58,437 nucleotides of DNA, filler included, from Globobulimina sp. (GCA_003354225.1; 9 parts of 9 records of this genome joined end to end with filler, not necessarily neighbours in it); one strand, 5' to 3'. Positions 32,628 through 44,176 are shown, numbered from the whole stretch's first letter. The notes: generated from the sequence alone by a model not told the origin. Program-made: numbers and translations.

Positions 32628-35107
32628 GTGTGGTGGAAATGTCATCGTTGACGTTGTCCATATCGAGCAAAGAAAATAAAATCACGCAATTAATCGACCA
32701 CTATCATTTACCGTCGTTATTTTTGGGCGAAGTGTACCGCGCTTCGCATATAAATTCCACCTTTTATACCATTTTACGACCCGATGTATCGCGTGGCTTT
32801 ACGCAGGATGCCGATGATAACAAACAGTCAGCGATTCCCTGTCCAACGGGTGGCACCTTTGCAGTGCGTGAATTTACATTGATGTTTTGGCTATTTTTGG
32901 ATTATAAAAATAATACTATGGCGTGCAAATGTGACGGAAAACGGAATATTATCCGCAAAGGCATGCGCAACAACGTGTTGCCGCGCGTATATTTTGACAA
33001 TAAGTCGAACAAAATACGGTGCGATGTGAGCACCAAAGCAAACGGATTAGTATCGATCCAATCCTCCGCTGATCTGAAATGTAAAAAGTGGCTTCATATC
33101 GGGCTCTCTGTCGATTGTATTGGTATTCGATTGTATGTCGACGGCAAACTATCCGCGTCGCAACGCACAAACAGCCCATTATTGACCAATTGCGATCCAT
33201 TTTATATCGGCAAATGTCCCCCAGGCATCGAACAAGTGTATGACAACAAAGTGTGTTACGGCTTTAATGGCTATTTGTTAGACTGCAGGTATTATTTACG
33301 GAAACTGAATGAGCGTACCATCCATACATATTTTATGAAATGCAAACCCAACGAAAAGAAGAAACCAAACATCTCCCGGATCCAATTTAAGACCGCGGAT
33401 AAAGATCCAATCAAAAAAACGAAGATTTCCTTCAATGTGCTCTCATCAAATTGTGCCGGTAATACACGCGCATTTAACCCCAAATTGTGGACACCGTCCA
33501 TGGATAACGAGATCATGGAACTATTTGAACATTCCTTCAACAGCACGCTGTCCAGAGAATTGATATCGTTATGGAACGAAGACGCCAATGCAGAGCATAA
33601 GGTGCCTCAACATGTGACTCAATTACATATCGAACCATTTACATTGAAGCCAGACCGGGAAACTATAGAAAAGTATTCGCGCATTCAGCATTTTGACGTC
33701 TTAGTGCTGAAAACGCGCTATCTGATGCTGCGAATGTTGAATTATAAGATGGAGGGCGTGTTTCCTTTGGTGGATTTCAGTCAAGTTGGACTGGAATGGA
33801 GTTTGGCGGCGAGATTGTGCAGATTACGGTCGCTTATTTTCAGCGATTTGAAGCAAACGCCGTGGCGCAAAGTCTTGCAATCCACAGCGGCCAATGGCAG
33901 GACCTCAGTGTTGGTGAACAGACCGAAAGCATTAAAGGCGAAAGAACAGGAACGCGAAATGAACCACAACAACTTAAAAAAAACTGTATTTGGGCAGATT
34001 TATCGCACTTTGAACTTTATAAAACCATCACATTTGCGGTGTTCCCCGGGGCATCGACCATGGTCTGTCACCTTCGAAGGAGAGGGCGGTACGGACGCAG
34101 GTGGCTTATTTCGCGAATCTCTGTCGGCGTTGGGTGAGGATTTGATGGATTGCGAACATTTGCGACTGTTTATAAAGTGTCCAAATAGCCGCGGTTATGG
34201 CGATAATCAGGATAAGTTCATACCGAATCCGTCCATGTCGTCCTCATTGCATTTATCAATGTGGACTTTTATCGGCAAGTTGATGGGCGTGGCCATTCGA
34301 GGGAAGTATTACTTGAATATCGATTTGCCGTCGATTGTATGGAAGCCGTTGGTGGGAATGAATACGGACATTTATGATTTGCAGGAAATTGATTCGTTGT
34401 GCTATAATATCATTGATAAGGTAGGCAATATCGAGAAGGAGATCCGCGATTTGAATGAGGAGTCGTTTCAGGATGTGGTCTCCGACAATTTTACGACCAC
34501 TTCGTCCGATGGGAGGCAGATATTGTTAAAGAATGCCGGGGACAAAATCGCGGTGACTTTGTCGAATAGATTCGAATATATTCGTCTGTTGAAAGAATAT
34601 CGTTTGCACGAATTTGATACGCAAATCAATGCAATGCGCCGTGGCTTGGCCACCATTGTGCCGATCTCTTTGTTGCCATTGTTTACGTGGAGACAGTTGG
34701 AATTGATGGTGTGTGGCAAGAGGGAGATTGACGTGCAATTATTGAAAGCAAACACGATTTACAAACGTGGCGTGAAGGCCACTGATAAACATATCAAATT
34801 CTTGTGGGATATCTTGGACAGCGAGTTTACCAATGAACAGAAGAGGAATTTTATCAGATTTGTATGGGGACAGTCGAGATTGCCCACAAAATCGGAGGAC
34901 TTTACTGATCCATTTGGGATCTTGTCGTGTCATGGAAAGGATAACGACCTTACTTTGCCCGTATCGCATACTTGCTTTTTTACATTGGAACTTCCGAAAT
35001 ATTCCAGCAAAGAGATAATGAAAAAGAAGTTGTTGTATGCGATCAATAATTGCACTGCGATTGATACGGATTTTGTGGCACAAAATGTGAATTGGGAGGA
35101 GGAATAG
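32628..35107 (+). CDS. HECT E3 ubiquitin ligase (HERC-like HECT) with an upstream LamG/ConA-like domain; 5' partial
   Basis: FEGEGGTDAGGLFRE, FIRFVWGQSRLP, catalytic LPVSHTCFF, AIDTD; LamG-like FTLMFWL...KWLHIGL...LYVDG...FNG. Confidence 0.92.
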
Positions 35108-35383
35108 GTGTTTGTCAGCTTGTTATTCATTTGTTATTGTTTCACCGTAGTTTTGTTGTATTTTTTTCGTGATACGTTTATAAATTTGTTATAATTAGAC
35201 TGTCACAAAAGGTGCAAGAGATACTAAGGAATTCAACAATAAATTCTGCAGTTTTAGGGCGTTTTGACGCAAGTTTGTGCGTTCTTCGAAATCTGTTTAA
35301 ATACCAAACTAAACACAAAAACTTTTGTAAGACACACAGAGCAGTAATGGGTTCAACACATAATATAAGAAGATTTGTGAGTT

Positions 35384-37330
35384 TTATAGGTTAAAATTGG
35401 ATGCATAGTTTGGATATCCAATTCTTGCTCTTTCTTTCAATGGTAACCGAAGAAAATTAATGAATGCTTGATATTCATTCTCATTATATTGGGAATCGGA
35501 GACTGGATTACATCCATTTAGTTGCTTATGGATGAATTTGAAATCCTTGAAATAAAACGTTTCTGTTTTTTTGTCTGTCATCGTAAGATTGAAATTATTC
35601 ACCATGGACCAGAATTCTGTCAATTTATTTCTGGATAAAGCATCGGATAATCCATTGGAAGAAGAATAAATCCAATCAATCCAAACCAAGAACTTATATT
35701 CGAGCATCAAATGACAGAGCTCATATATGAACAACATCAGATTAAATGAGGAGGACCATTTTCGTTTAAACGCATAAAATACGGATTCGTTATCAATATA
35801 CAAATGGACTGTTTTACCGGATAAATAATACCGGAAAGTGTAGAGAGCTGACAACATTACGTGGGCCTCTTTCTGATTGATATGCCATTCATTGGTATGC
35901 GTTTCAGTGAATTTATAGTGGGACCAATATCCCCCAATTACAAAGCCACCATTTGAGGAGGAAGCATCTGTGGAGGCCGAGATGGTCATATTATTATTCA
36001 TCAATATTTCGGACATTGGGACCGCGAGGATTTGGTCCGCAAAAAAGTACCAATAACGAAGATCATTTATTATTGAGAGCGGGAGGATAAAGTGGTGATT
36101 CTTGGGATATAATCCGGATCGGATGTTTTTATGGATAAATTGTAGCAAATTCCAACAGAGGGCTTTTGTTGGTTGTTTTAACTGCGCCCAGTGCATAATT
36201 GTGCCACAGAGGGACTCTAAAGCTGCACCGGTGATTACTCGGTACTGCATAGTATACAAAATTAATTGTTTAAAATTTTTATATTTGATTGGTGGGATAC
36301 CAACCATTTTGTTTCTTAAATCAAAGAAAATGCCATATATCACCGCTGTTTGGCATGCATGAATAAAACCAGATTCTTTTAATGAAACCTGGACATTTAA
36401 TTCTGTCATCAGTGCGTCAAAGCGTTTCTCCATTTCAACACAGTCCGCTTCACTGACCGCACCTAACACAAAGTCATCAATGTGAACTAGGGATTTATTG
36501 CGCCATTTATGATTAAATACTTTGTTGTCCAATATCCAGATTAAGAGTTGGGCGAAATATTGCGAGTTGGCCGGTGCTGAGGCGACACCATATGGTTGTT
36601 TCCGATCTCTCCAAACGAGGCCAAAGAGAGAATAGCAAATGTAATTACTGTCCTCCTCACAAAGTCCGATTTGACGGAAAAAATCGGATAAGTCACGGAT
36701 TGCAAAAAAATTGCAATCAATTAATGTTTTAATATATTTCTTGAGGTTCGGGAGCGACGGTATTTTGCATTTTATTGGGCGGATTAACTCATTTATGGAC
36801 GACGTGGACTTGGTTTTAAAGGATCCATTCCGGATTACACGGAACTTGGTATATTTGCCTTGACCGTCCTTCTTCGGGGTACAAAATATCATAATCATAT
36901 ATTTGGGAATGCCAAAAAACGGCTCAATCTGGCCATTCTCAGCCTCACTTATCATTTTATCCAATATCGCCAGGGTTTCTTGCGGCGTGTTGGCAATATT
37001 AGATATTTTGGTTGATAAATTCTTATGAATAACATGTGTTTTTCTCTGATTTTTAGATTGGAAATGTGTTTTGAGCCATAGCGGAAAGCCCACTCTGATC
37101 CATTTAATATCGGACTTCCCTTTGCGTTTCCCTTTCAAATATTTTTCAAATGCAGGGATGTTAAATTGATTGTGAAATTTAGAGGGTTCATTATGCAGTT
37201 GAGTGAATCGAGTAATTCTGCGATCAAACTCTGCTGCAAACTTCGGGTCAAACTCTAGATATTTGTAACAAAAACCTCTTAAGTCAATATGTAGAGTGAC
37301 TAGACAATGGGAGAGGGAGCTAGGCAGTGT
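35384..37330 (-). CDS. RT-RNase H (DIRS-type); frame open from about 37330, no proximal ATG
   Basis: FRVIRNGS, SIN, RDLSDFFRQI, QPYGVASAP, VHIDDF, DLRYW, STDASS, HINQKEA, YIDN, NGLSDALSR. Confidence 0.92.
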   Translation of the reverse strand, partial: TLPSSLSHCLVTLHIDLRGFCYKYLEFDPKFAAEFDRRITRFTQLHNEPSKFHNQFNIPAFEKYLKGKRKGKSDIKWIRVGFPLWLKTHFQSKNQRKTHVIHKNLSTKISNIANTPQETLAILDKMISEAENGQIEPFFGIPKYMIMIFCTPKKDGQGKYTKFRVIRNGSFKTKSTSSINELIRPIKCKIPSLPNLKKYIKTLIDCNFFAIRDLSDFFRQIGLCEEDSNYICYSLFGLVWRDRKQPYGVASAPANSQYFAQLLIWILDNKVFNHKWRNKSLVHIDDFVLGAVSEADCVEMEKRFDALMTELNVQVSLKESGFIHACQTAVIYGIFFDLRNKMVGIPPIKYKNFKQLILYTMQYRVITGAALESLCGTIMHWAQLKQPTKALCWNLLQFIHKNIRSGLYPKNHHFILPLSIINDLRYWYFFADQILAVPMSEILMNNNMTISASTDASSSNGGFVIGGYWSHYKFTETHTNEWHINQKEAHVMLSALYTFRYYLSGKTVHLYIDNESVFYAFKRKWSSSFNLMLFIYELCHLMLEYKFLVWIDWIYSSSNGLSDALSRNKLTEFWSMVNNFNLTMTDKKTETFYFKDFKFIHKQLNGCNPVSDSQYNENEYQAFINFLRLPLKERARIGYPNYASNFNL

Positions 37331-37347
37331 TCAAATTAGTTGAATAA

Positions 37348-37424
37348 TAGTCGTTCGTGGTATGAACGATAGAAAATAAATGTATATATTAGTCATTCGT
37401 GGTATGAATGATACAAAATAAATG
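37348..37424 (-). repeat. Tandem 35-bp duplication forming twin hairpins between gag and pol
   Basis: Copies at 37348-37382 and 37390-37424; stems TCGTTC/GAACGA and TCATTC/GAATGA. Confidence 0.9.
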
Positions 37425-37463
37425 CAAAGGAATGCAGACGAAGACGCAGACATTCACTGAAAG

Positions 37464-38540
37464 TTAAAATTTGATCTCTTTGAATCGTTCAATATATTTC
37501 TTATATATATTGGGCTTTGATTTTGCCACTTCACAGTCTTTAAATGGATGATCCTGATCCGGATGGAATGCACATTTATGGCGAAACCGAGCTTGAGAAC
37601 CAGTGCCACAGAGATTGCGTGGATTGGTACAATCACCAAATGCAAATTTAAAGATACAAATATCGCTCGGGCACGACGTGCCATATTCCGACACACAATC
37701 AAAGGTCGTACGGCGCAATAAACGCAAATTGTCCTTTGATTCATAATATGAGTTCGTTTTCGATGGTCTGGCGTCATTATCATTGGCCCGATTATAATTT
37801 GGGCGCCGTACATTGCTGTCATTCGTCCTGTTTCTAAGTGGTCGGCGGTTGTCATTGTTGCGATTGCCGTGATTACGTTGACGCCAATTATTGCCACCAT
37901 TATTGTTATAATTATAGTTCGTATTTGGAGGTTGATTGGAATTGTGAGGATGCCCTTGATTGGCAACATAAATATTAATTTTCTTATTATTATCATATTC
38001 CTCCATCTTGAATTGATTGAAAGTGCTCAAAAGGAATTGAATCACATTGGCTCTCGGCGTGGTATTATTAAATGACTGAGTATAGGAATTATAGTCCATT
38101 AACAAGCAAATTGGGACATTATTCTCGAGATAGTATTGCAACATTTCAATGACCGTTGACCAGAAAACAACAACATTCCAATATGGTTTTTTCACAAATA
38201 CTTGAATTTTAATATTAAATATCTGGATATTCGCCTTGACCAATTGTACCCAATCAATCAATAAACGGATGTACGGAGACGGCACATTGATAGCATTCAG
38301 GGCATTTAACACAAAGTCCATTGTGTCATTCCACGCATTCAGGATGAAATAGATGGAATGCTTTGATTTGAACGCCGAGTAAATCTCTTTTGATGGCGAG
38401 CTTATGTCCGACAAAACATAGGTCGACGATAAATATTTCAATGTGGCATGCAACAGCGTTGGGACATCGATATAATCCGAGTTTGCAAAGCCAGTAAAAA
38501 ATCGAATCACTTTATTTCTTGTTTTTCTTTTCATTTTCAC
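37464..38540 (-). CDS. Gag-like protein with an N/R-rich linker and C-terminal Cys/His zinc cluster
   Basis: CIFKFAFGDC...C...RHKCAFHPDQDHPFKDC parallels the gag C-terminus of element 1. Confidence 0.75.
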   Translation of the reverse strand: MKMKRKTRNKVIRFFTGFANSDYIDVPTLLHATLKYLSSTYVLSDISSPSKEIYSAFKSKHSIYFILNAWNDTMDFVLNALNAINVPSPYIRLLIDWVQLVKANIQIFNIKIQVFVKKPYWNVVVFWSTVIEMLQYYLENNVPICLLMDYNSYTQSFNNTTPRANVIQFLLSTFNQFKMEEYDNNKKINIYVANQGHPHNSNQPPNTNYNYNNNGGNNWRQRNHGNRNNDNRRPLRNRTNDSNVRRPNYNRANDNDARPSKTNSYYESKDNLRLLRRTTFDCVSEYGTSCPSDICIFKFAFGDCTNPRNLCGTGSQARFRHKCAFHPDQDHPFKDCEVAKSKPNIYKKYIERFKEIKF

Positions 38541-39262
38541 TCTTGATTTAACTATTTATTACGGTCATATTTAACACGAATGTGAGTGGTGTCAGTATAT
38601 ATGAAGAAGCAGTCTATCTCTTAGGCGGCTTCTGCGCCAACTTCTATCTCTTAGAAGATGTGGTGCCCACTAAGCAATAAAGACTTTGGTAAAAGCTTGC
38701 TATAATTAGATATTTTACAAACTGGTTTGTCTCCAGTTTGCAACCAGTTATAGGGACTTTGGTAAAAGTACCGGCGTTTAGAAAAACAACTGTGACGTAC
38801 TTAGGTAAAAGTACTACCACCTACTTTGAGTGGATGTATTTAGGAATGTATGCAGAGAGAAATAAACAGACGGAAAAACCATTACTTTTAGAATGAGAAA
38901 GGCTGTATCATTCTATGCTGTACAGAGACCCAGCTGCAGTACCGTGCATTTCCTGAAAAGCCAGCCAGTCCCACCTCAAAAAAGAAAAAGCGTTTTCAAA
39001 AAAGTTTCGGAGAAGTTTNNNNNNNNNNNNNNNNNNNNNNNNNNNNNNNNNNNNNNNNNNNNTTAATTAATTAANNNNNNNNNNNNNNNNNNNNNNNNNN
39101 NNNNNNNNNNNNNNNNNNCTTCGGGGTAATTTGTTAGTATCTCGCGGATACGTCGACAGAGATCTACTTTTTGGCCAAAATCATCATCCCATAATCCTGT
39201 TTTAGCTTCACTCGGCGACGCCATTATTAGCTTACTGCACTACACTTGTTTTTTTTTTATGT

Positions 39263-41264
39263 ATGGCACGTAGTAGCATAATCACTCTCATTTATATCAG
39301 TGTACAATTGCTGATTGCGCTCTTTGTATCAATCATTGGAGCTGTGCACGTTCGTCGATGTATCAATGCATTAAAAGAATTGAAAGATCAGGTTGAATTA
39401 CAAATAGGTATATAGCTGAAAAATATATATACCTCTTCTTCACTTTTTTTTGATTCACGTAAGATCCAAGAAAAGATGATGTCTCCCCGGCGAATAATGC
39501 CATTCAATCAGACATAGATAACCCAAATAAACAAAAACAGAAAGGATTTTTTGAATTATGGGCAAGAACCGTGTGGAAAATGAGAGGAGTTTATGCTAGT
39601 TTCGCGGTTCATTCGTTTGATGTATTGACTGATATAATAGTAATTATACAATGGTTGCAAGCACCTGATATTGATGGCGACCATATTGATCCTCAAATAA
39701 ATAGCCACAGTCGATATAATTTTGGAAAATACTAAAACAAAAATTCCGGAATAGGCCATTATGCAATAAAAAACGTTGTGTGCTGCAATTTTTTGATTTG
39801 TTAATTTTCGTAGAAATATATGAATCACATCGAAGAATTATATCGCAGATAAAAAGCAAAAATGTTAAATCCAAAGCAACAGCGATTGAATCAACTTTAT
39901 CGTTTAAATATATTCGTAATTTTGAAGCTGTATTCGAGTCTATTCCTCAGTCCATTTTACAGTTGATTTATGTGATAAGAACTGGAACAACAGGAACTGA
40001 CTTGGGAATATTTGTAATATCAATCATCCAATCCATTGTATCTATGGTTAATTCCATATTAAATAGCGACAATACTGAAATGCAAGAGGCCAAATGGAAA
40101 AAATATAAACAGCGATTACCTCCGTCACCACAATTTGCAAAACATGCTCTTTCTCGTTTTTCTGAGGTTACGTACCGTATAGGCTTATTATCACTATTTT
40201 GGAGTGTATGCGGTGGATTGCAGTTTACCATTATGTTGGCTGTAGAGGCATTGTTGATTGTTTCATGCAGAGTGTTTCAGCGAAAGTATGATAATATCCA
40301 GTTCAACCCAGATGCGTTATTTTTGACAATGAGCATGATTGTCACTATACCATCGGAGGAAGTATACTGGGGATCACAGAGGGCGTGGCCTCGTATATTG
40401 CTGGAGCAAGATTGTGAGTGTTTGTGTGTGGCTGGTTGCTTGGCTGGAAATTTGTTGTGCTGTACTGGTTTGTCAGGATTTATTCAATCATTTTTACAGT
40501 TAATAACAAACGGAAATGCTAAAATTTATTCTATACCGACTGCCAGAATAGGCGTCTCTTTGATGGAATTCATAATTTTAATTATTTGGGCGTTTTTGGG
40601 CGACAATGGTGATAGAAAACAATTTCTCTTTTCATTCGATCATGGATTAGCAATTGGTATTGCATCGTGTGTGTTTTTTATAGTATATACACAATATAGC
40701 TTTTTATTTCCTGATTTCGCATTGCCGGGGAAAGCCAAATTACAAACTAAATGGGGGTATGCATTTGCAAATGAATTAACAGAGTTAAAACGAGTTAGAA
40801 TTCCTTTGAATGTCATGCCGTATCATGCTCCAGTAACATTACTTGAGAAAAGAAAAACATTCTTGACAGTTGTTCAAGATTCTAAAGTTCGAAATAGATT
40901 GATTAAAGATGAAAATATTAAGGCGAAAATTGTTAAGGACCCACAATTTGAACAATATATTGGAAAATGGTATAACGGCGAGAGTGAGCCAACGCATTAT
41001 AGTAATTATGATCGAATAGTGGTTGAACTTAATAAACTCTGTTTAACCACCACAAATTATTTGGAATCATATACTATCAGAAACGTTGCCCAATTTTGGG
41101 ACCAGCCTCTTATAATTAATGTTCATCCAGCAACTGCAGCTGTGTTTGCTTTGGCGAATGAGCATTTTGAAATTGTTACATGGCTAGAAAAGCAAGGAGC
41201 TGTTTCACATAAAGGAATGACCATATCTGATGCTAAGATGGTACTTGGTATGGATACGGATTAA
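39263..41264 (+). pseudogene. XK-related (scramblase-like) membrane protein, disrupted by a 66-bp inversion
   Basis: ATG at 39263, intron 39408-39463, FDVLTDI and FEAVFESIPQSILQL motifs; segment 39697-39762 codes on the opposite strand. Confidence 0.7.
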
Positions 41265-41351
41265 ATTCAGAATTATGTATATATAATTACAAAAATATAT
41301 GTTTTATAAGTTTATATGAAGGTTTTCACTCGTTTGATTTTAACCCAATCT

Positions 41352-43029
41352 CTAATTTGATCCATGATGCCCTACTTCTGGTATTATAATTGAATAAATA
41401 TTTGTTTCTGTAATATTTAAGTTTGTAACACCACCATTCTTCCATGGATCCAATTCGCCGTTTGAGAAAACAATATTACTCACTGAATCTGAGGTAAATG
41501 GTAACCATCCACCATACTCTATTACTTCCCAATCCATTCGTGCTTTAATACCAAATGCATCATAACAACCTTGTACTGTCCTTGTCTCATTCCATGGCGA
41601 ATACCAAAACATATCAATTGGTTCCGCCTCATATCCATTCTGACCACTTATTCCCATAACTCCTGCACATGCTAAATAATACATCAATGTGCTATCCATT
41701 TCTGTATCATTATTAGCAGCAGCATACGGATCAAAACACGTTACATTTCCTGTATAATTATAAAATATATTCGCCACTTCACGCACTGCTGCAAGCAATA
41801 CCATTTCGTCTGTAATTATTTCAGTACTCAAAAACACACACCCTTTACGCATTGGATATGCTGCATTATATAATTATAATTTATATTTGTATGATCTGTA
41901 CATGTAAAAGTAATATAATTCAATCAACTTAACCTGTTAAAAGCCATCACCATTCAACATAGTATAATCAGATGGATATGGATAACTACCCATAGTCATA
42001 TAACCTAAAGCACTCGAAACCCAATCCACTAATTCTGCGCCTTGACTATAATTTTGTGGCACTGAGCATAAATTAAATGCTTTTGCTAAATTATTTCGTC
42101 CACTTATTGAGTTTGAATAATTCCATATAACACTCCACGAAGAATGAAGATTTTCTGCACAAAAATCATTTTTATTCCCACCCACTTGTTTACAATCATA
42201 TGTTTCTCCGACAGCGAAATAGTTATAATTAACCATTGGATGCTGTCCTACAAAATGTTCGATCGGTGCTGAACCAGCTATACATCCTTCAATCTACAAA
42301 ACAATTAATACAAAACAATTAATATTAATATGACATACTACACATACCCATTGCGGATATTTTATTTGAAACCAAGTACACAATCCTCCGCCATAGCTGC
42401 CACCAAATCCAATTACTGCGGACTCCCAACTGTTCCATTCTGTTTTTAAGTGATTGATTAATGTGGCAAAGTCAGCCATGGCTTGATCAGCTGTTAAATA
42501 AATAATATTTTCACTTTGCATGTCTGCTTCATCTGAGCTCTGCGAAAACCATAATTGCATCAAAGTTATCTGCATTTTCCCACATTAAACCTGTTGCATT
42601 GACATCTGTTAATTCCGTATATATATAAATATTTTGTTAGTAAACTTTGGTTCGATGCATAATATATGTTTTATAAAACATACATAATTCGACATTTGCT
42701 TCAATTCCCGTATAAAAGAAGACTGTGTTATTTGGTTTCCAATTTTTTCCACCACAAATAAAATATCTTTGTTCATATGTTGTCTGTCCATTTGGTGCAA
42801 TCGAAGCTAAATTAAAATTATCTAAATATTGAGTAAAATATTTTTCTGTACAATTTGATAATAATCCATAACCATTATGTTCTGCGTCAAATGCTGAAAA
42901 AAATTTATGTTGTTTTCTGTCGTTGTCAGATAAATACGGTGTGGCGACCAATTGTGTGGGATTCAGTGGACGTGCATGGAACAATGAAATCATACAAACG
43001 CATAGACCAAACAAAAGGTACGTTACCAT
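41352..43029 (-). pseudogene. S28 serine peptidase (prolylcarboxypeptidase/DPP7-like), multi-exon, with an internal deletion and a truncated C-terminus
   Basis: Signal peptide, FTQYLDNF, YEQRY, QAMADF, GGSYGG (Ser), NGELDPW (Asp), GHH (His). The AEHRY motif is broken. Confidence 0.85.
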
Positions 43030-43107
43030 TATGTGAAACGAGTTGAAATGATAAAAGTTTTGTGCTTGCAAAACTTTAAAAAAACGTAACAACAAATAAA
43101 CTTTACA

Positions 43108-43971
43108 ATGCAGCATTCATTAAAACTAACAGTACAATCCGATAAGAAACAGCGACAACACAACGAAAGTAAGCCACAACAACAACAGAAAGAAGAAAAA
43201 CAAATGACTTTGCATAAATTTACATTGCGACCAGATAACAATGAATATTTTCTCGGAATAAGTCGTATTCCACAACAAAACCCAGAACACAATCTATTTC
43301 GAGTTGCAATTATCGATAAAACAGATTGTTGGATAACAGAAGATAAAACATTCGAACATTATAAAAACAAGTCATTAATTTCTGGACAAGATACCAAACA
43401 GTTTCGTAATCATTTAATACATGCATTGACCCGACCGAATGATGACCGCTATGAGATTGAGGAGATATATTTTGATAAAGAACAAGAAAAACATCATAAA
43501 GAAATAAAAATATATCACATGGCGGGTGGTCTACGTATACAAATGGCAAAGTTTAAATTTTATGCCGGCAGAAACAATCTTTTTTATTGTTTTGGTAAAT
43601 TAGCATCAACGCTACGACAGAAAATTAGAGAAAATGTACAATTTAATAGTGATAATGTAAATTTTCAAAAACAATACAATGAAACATTGGAGTTAGTAAA
43701 TGAAGCAATATCTGCTAAAAGCCAGCAAGAGGAGGAGTTATTAAATAAGTTTGTGTTTGTATTAAATGAGAAAAAGAAACAAATTCGGAGTTTGCAGAGC
43801 GAGATAGTACAATTGAAAGGGAATAGGAATAACAACAAAAATAGAAATAGAAAACGGAAAAGTGATGTTTTGGATGATTGTGATAGTGAGAGCGAGGAAA
43901 TTGTTGTCCCAAAATGTAAAAAAAGGAAAATTGCAAAGCAATCAAGAAATAGTGACAGTGATTCGTGTTAG
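43108..43971 (+). CDS. XRCC4: XRCC4-like NHEJ protein
   Basis: SAKSQQEEELLNKFVFVLNEKKKQIRSL matches the XRCC4 ligase IV-binding coil (FILVLNEKKTKIRSL); beta-sandwich-like head; basic tail. Confidence 0.8.
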   Translation: MQHSLKLTVQSDKKQRQHNESKPQQQQKEEKQMTLHKFTLRPDNNEYFLGISRIPQQNPEHNLFRVAIIDKTDCWITEDKTFEHYKNKSLISGQDTKQFRNHLIHALTRPNDDRYEIEEIYFDKEQEKHHKEIKIYHMAGGLRIQMAKFKFYAGRNNLFYCFGKLASTLRQKIRENVQFNSDNVNFQKQYNETLELVNEAISAKSQQEEELLNKFVFVLNEKKKQIRSLQSEIVQLKGNRNNNKNRNRKRKSDVLDDCDSESEEIVVPKCKKRKIAKQSRNSDSDSC

Positions 43972-44176
43972 TGGACAATTAGGAGTTTGATATTCATATT
44001 ATTTAATTAAATAAATATCTTTGTTCATCCATGAACAAAATATAGCGCACTAGAAAATATATTTTTTGGTCCGATATTTTAATACACCGTTTTTGGGAGA
44101 AAAGATTTTTTAAGCGGTTTTTAATCCACATGTTTTTCCATCTGTTTTTACCAACTTGACATCGCAAGTTGACGTG

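Larger units (their letters stand above)
35384..38815 (-). mobile_element. DIRS/Ngaro-like retroelement 2 (gag + RT-RNase H; no recombinase seen)
   Basis: Gag with a Cys/His cluster followed by an intact RT-RH ORF; repeat-rich upstream region. Confidence 0.85.

Noticed and set aside
37348-37424. CRISPR-like repeat-spacer unit
   Set aside because: Only two copies with a 7-nt gap, in a eukaryotic retroelement context, with no cas genes.
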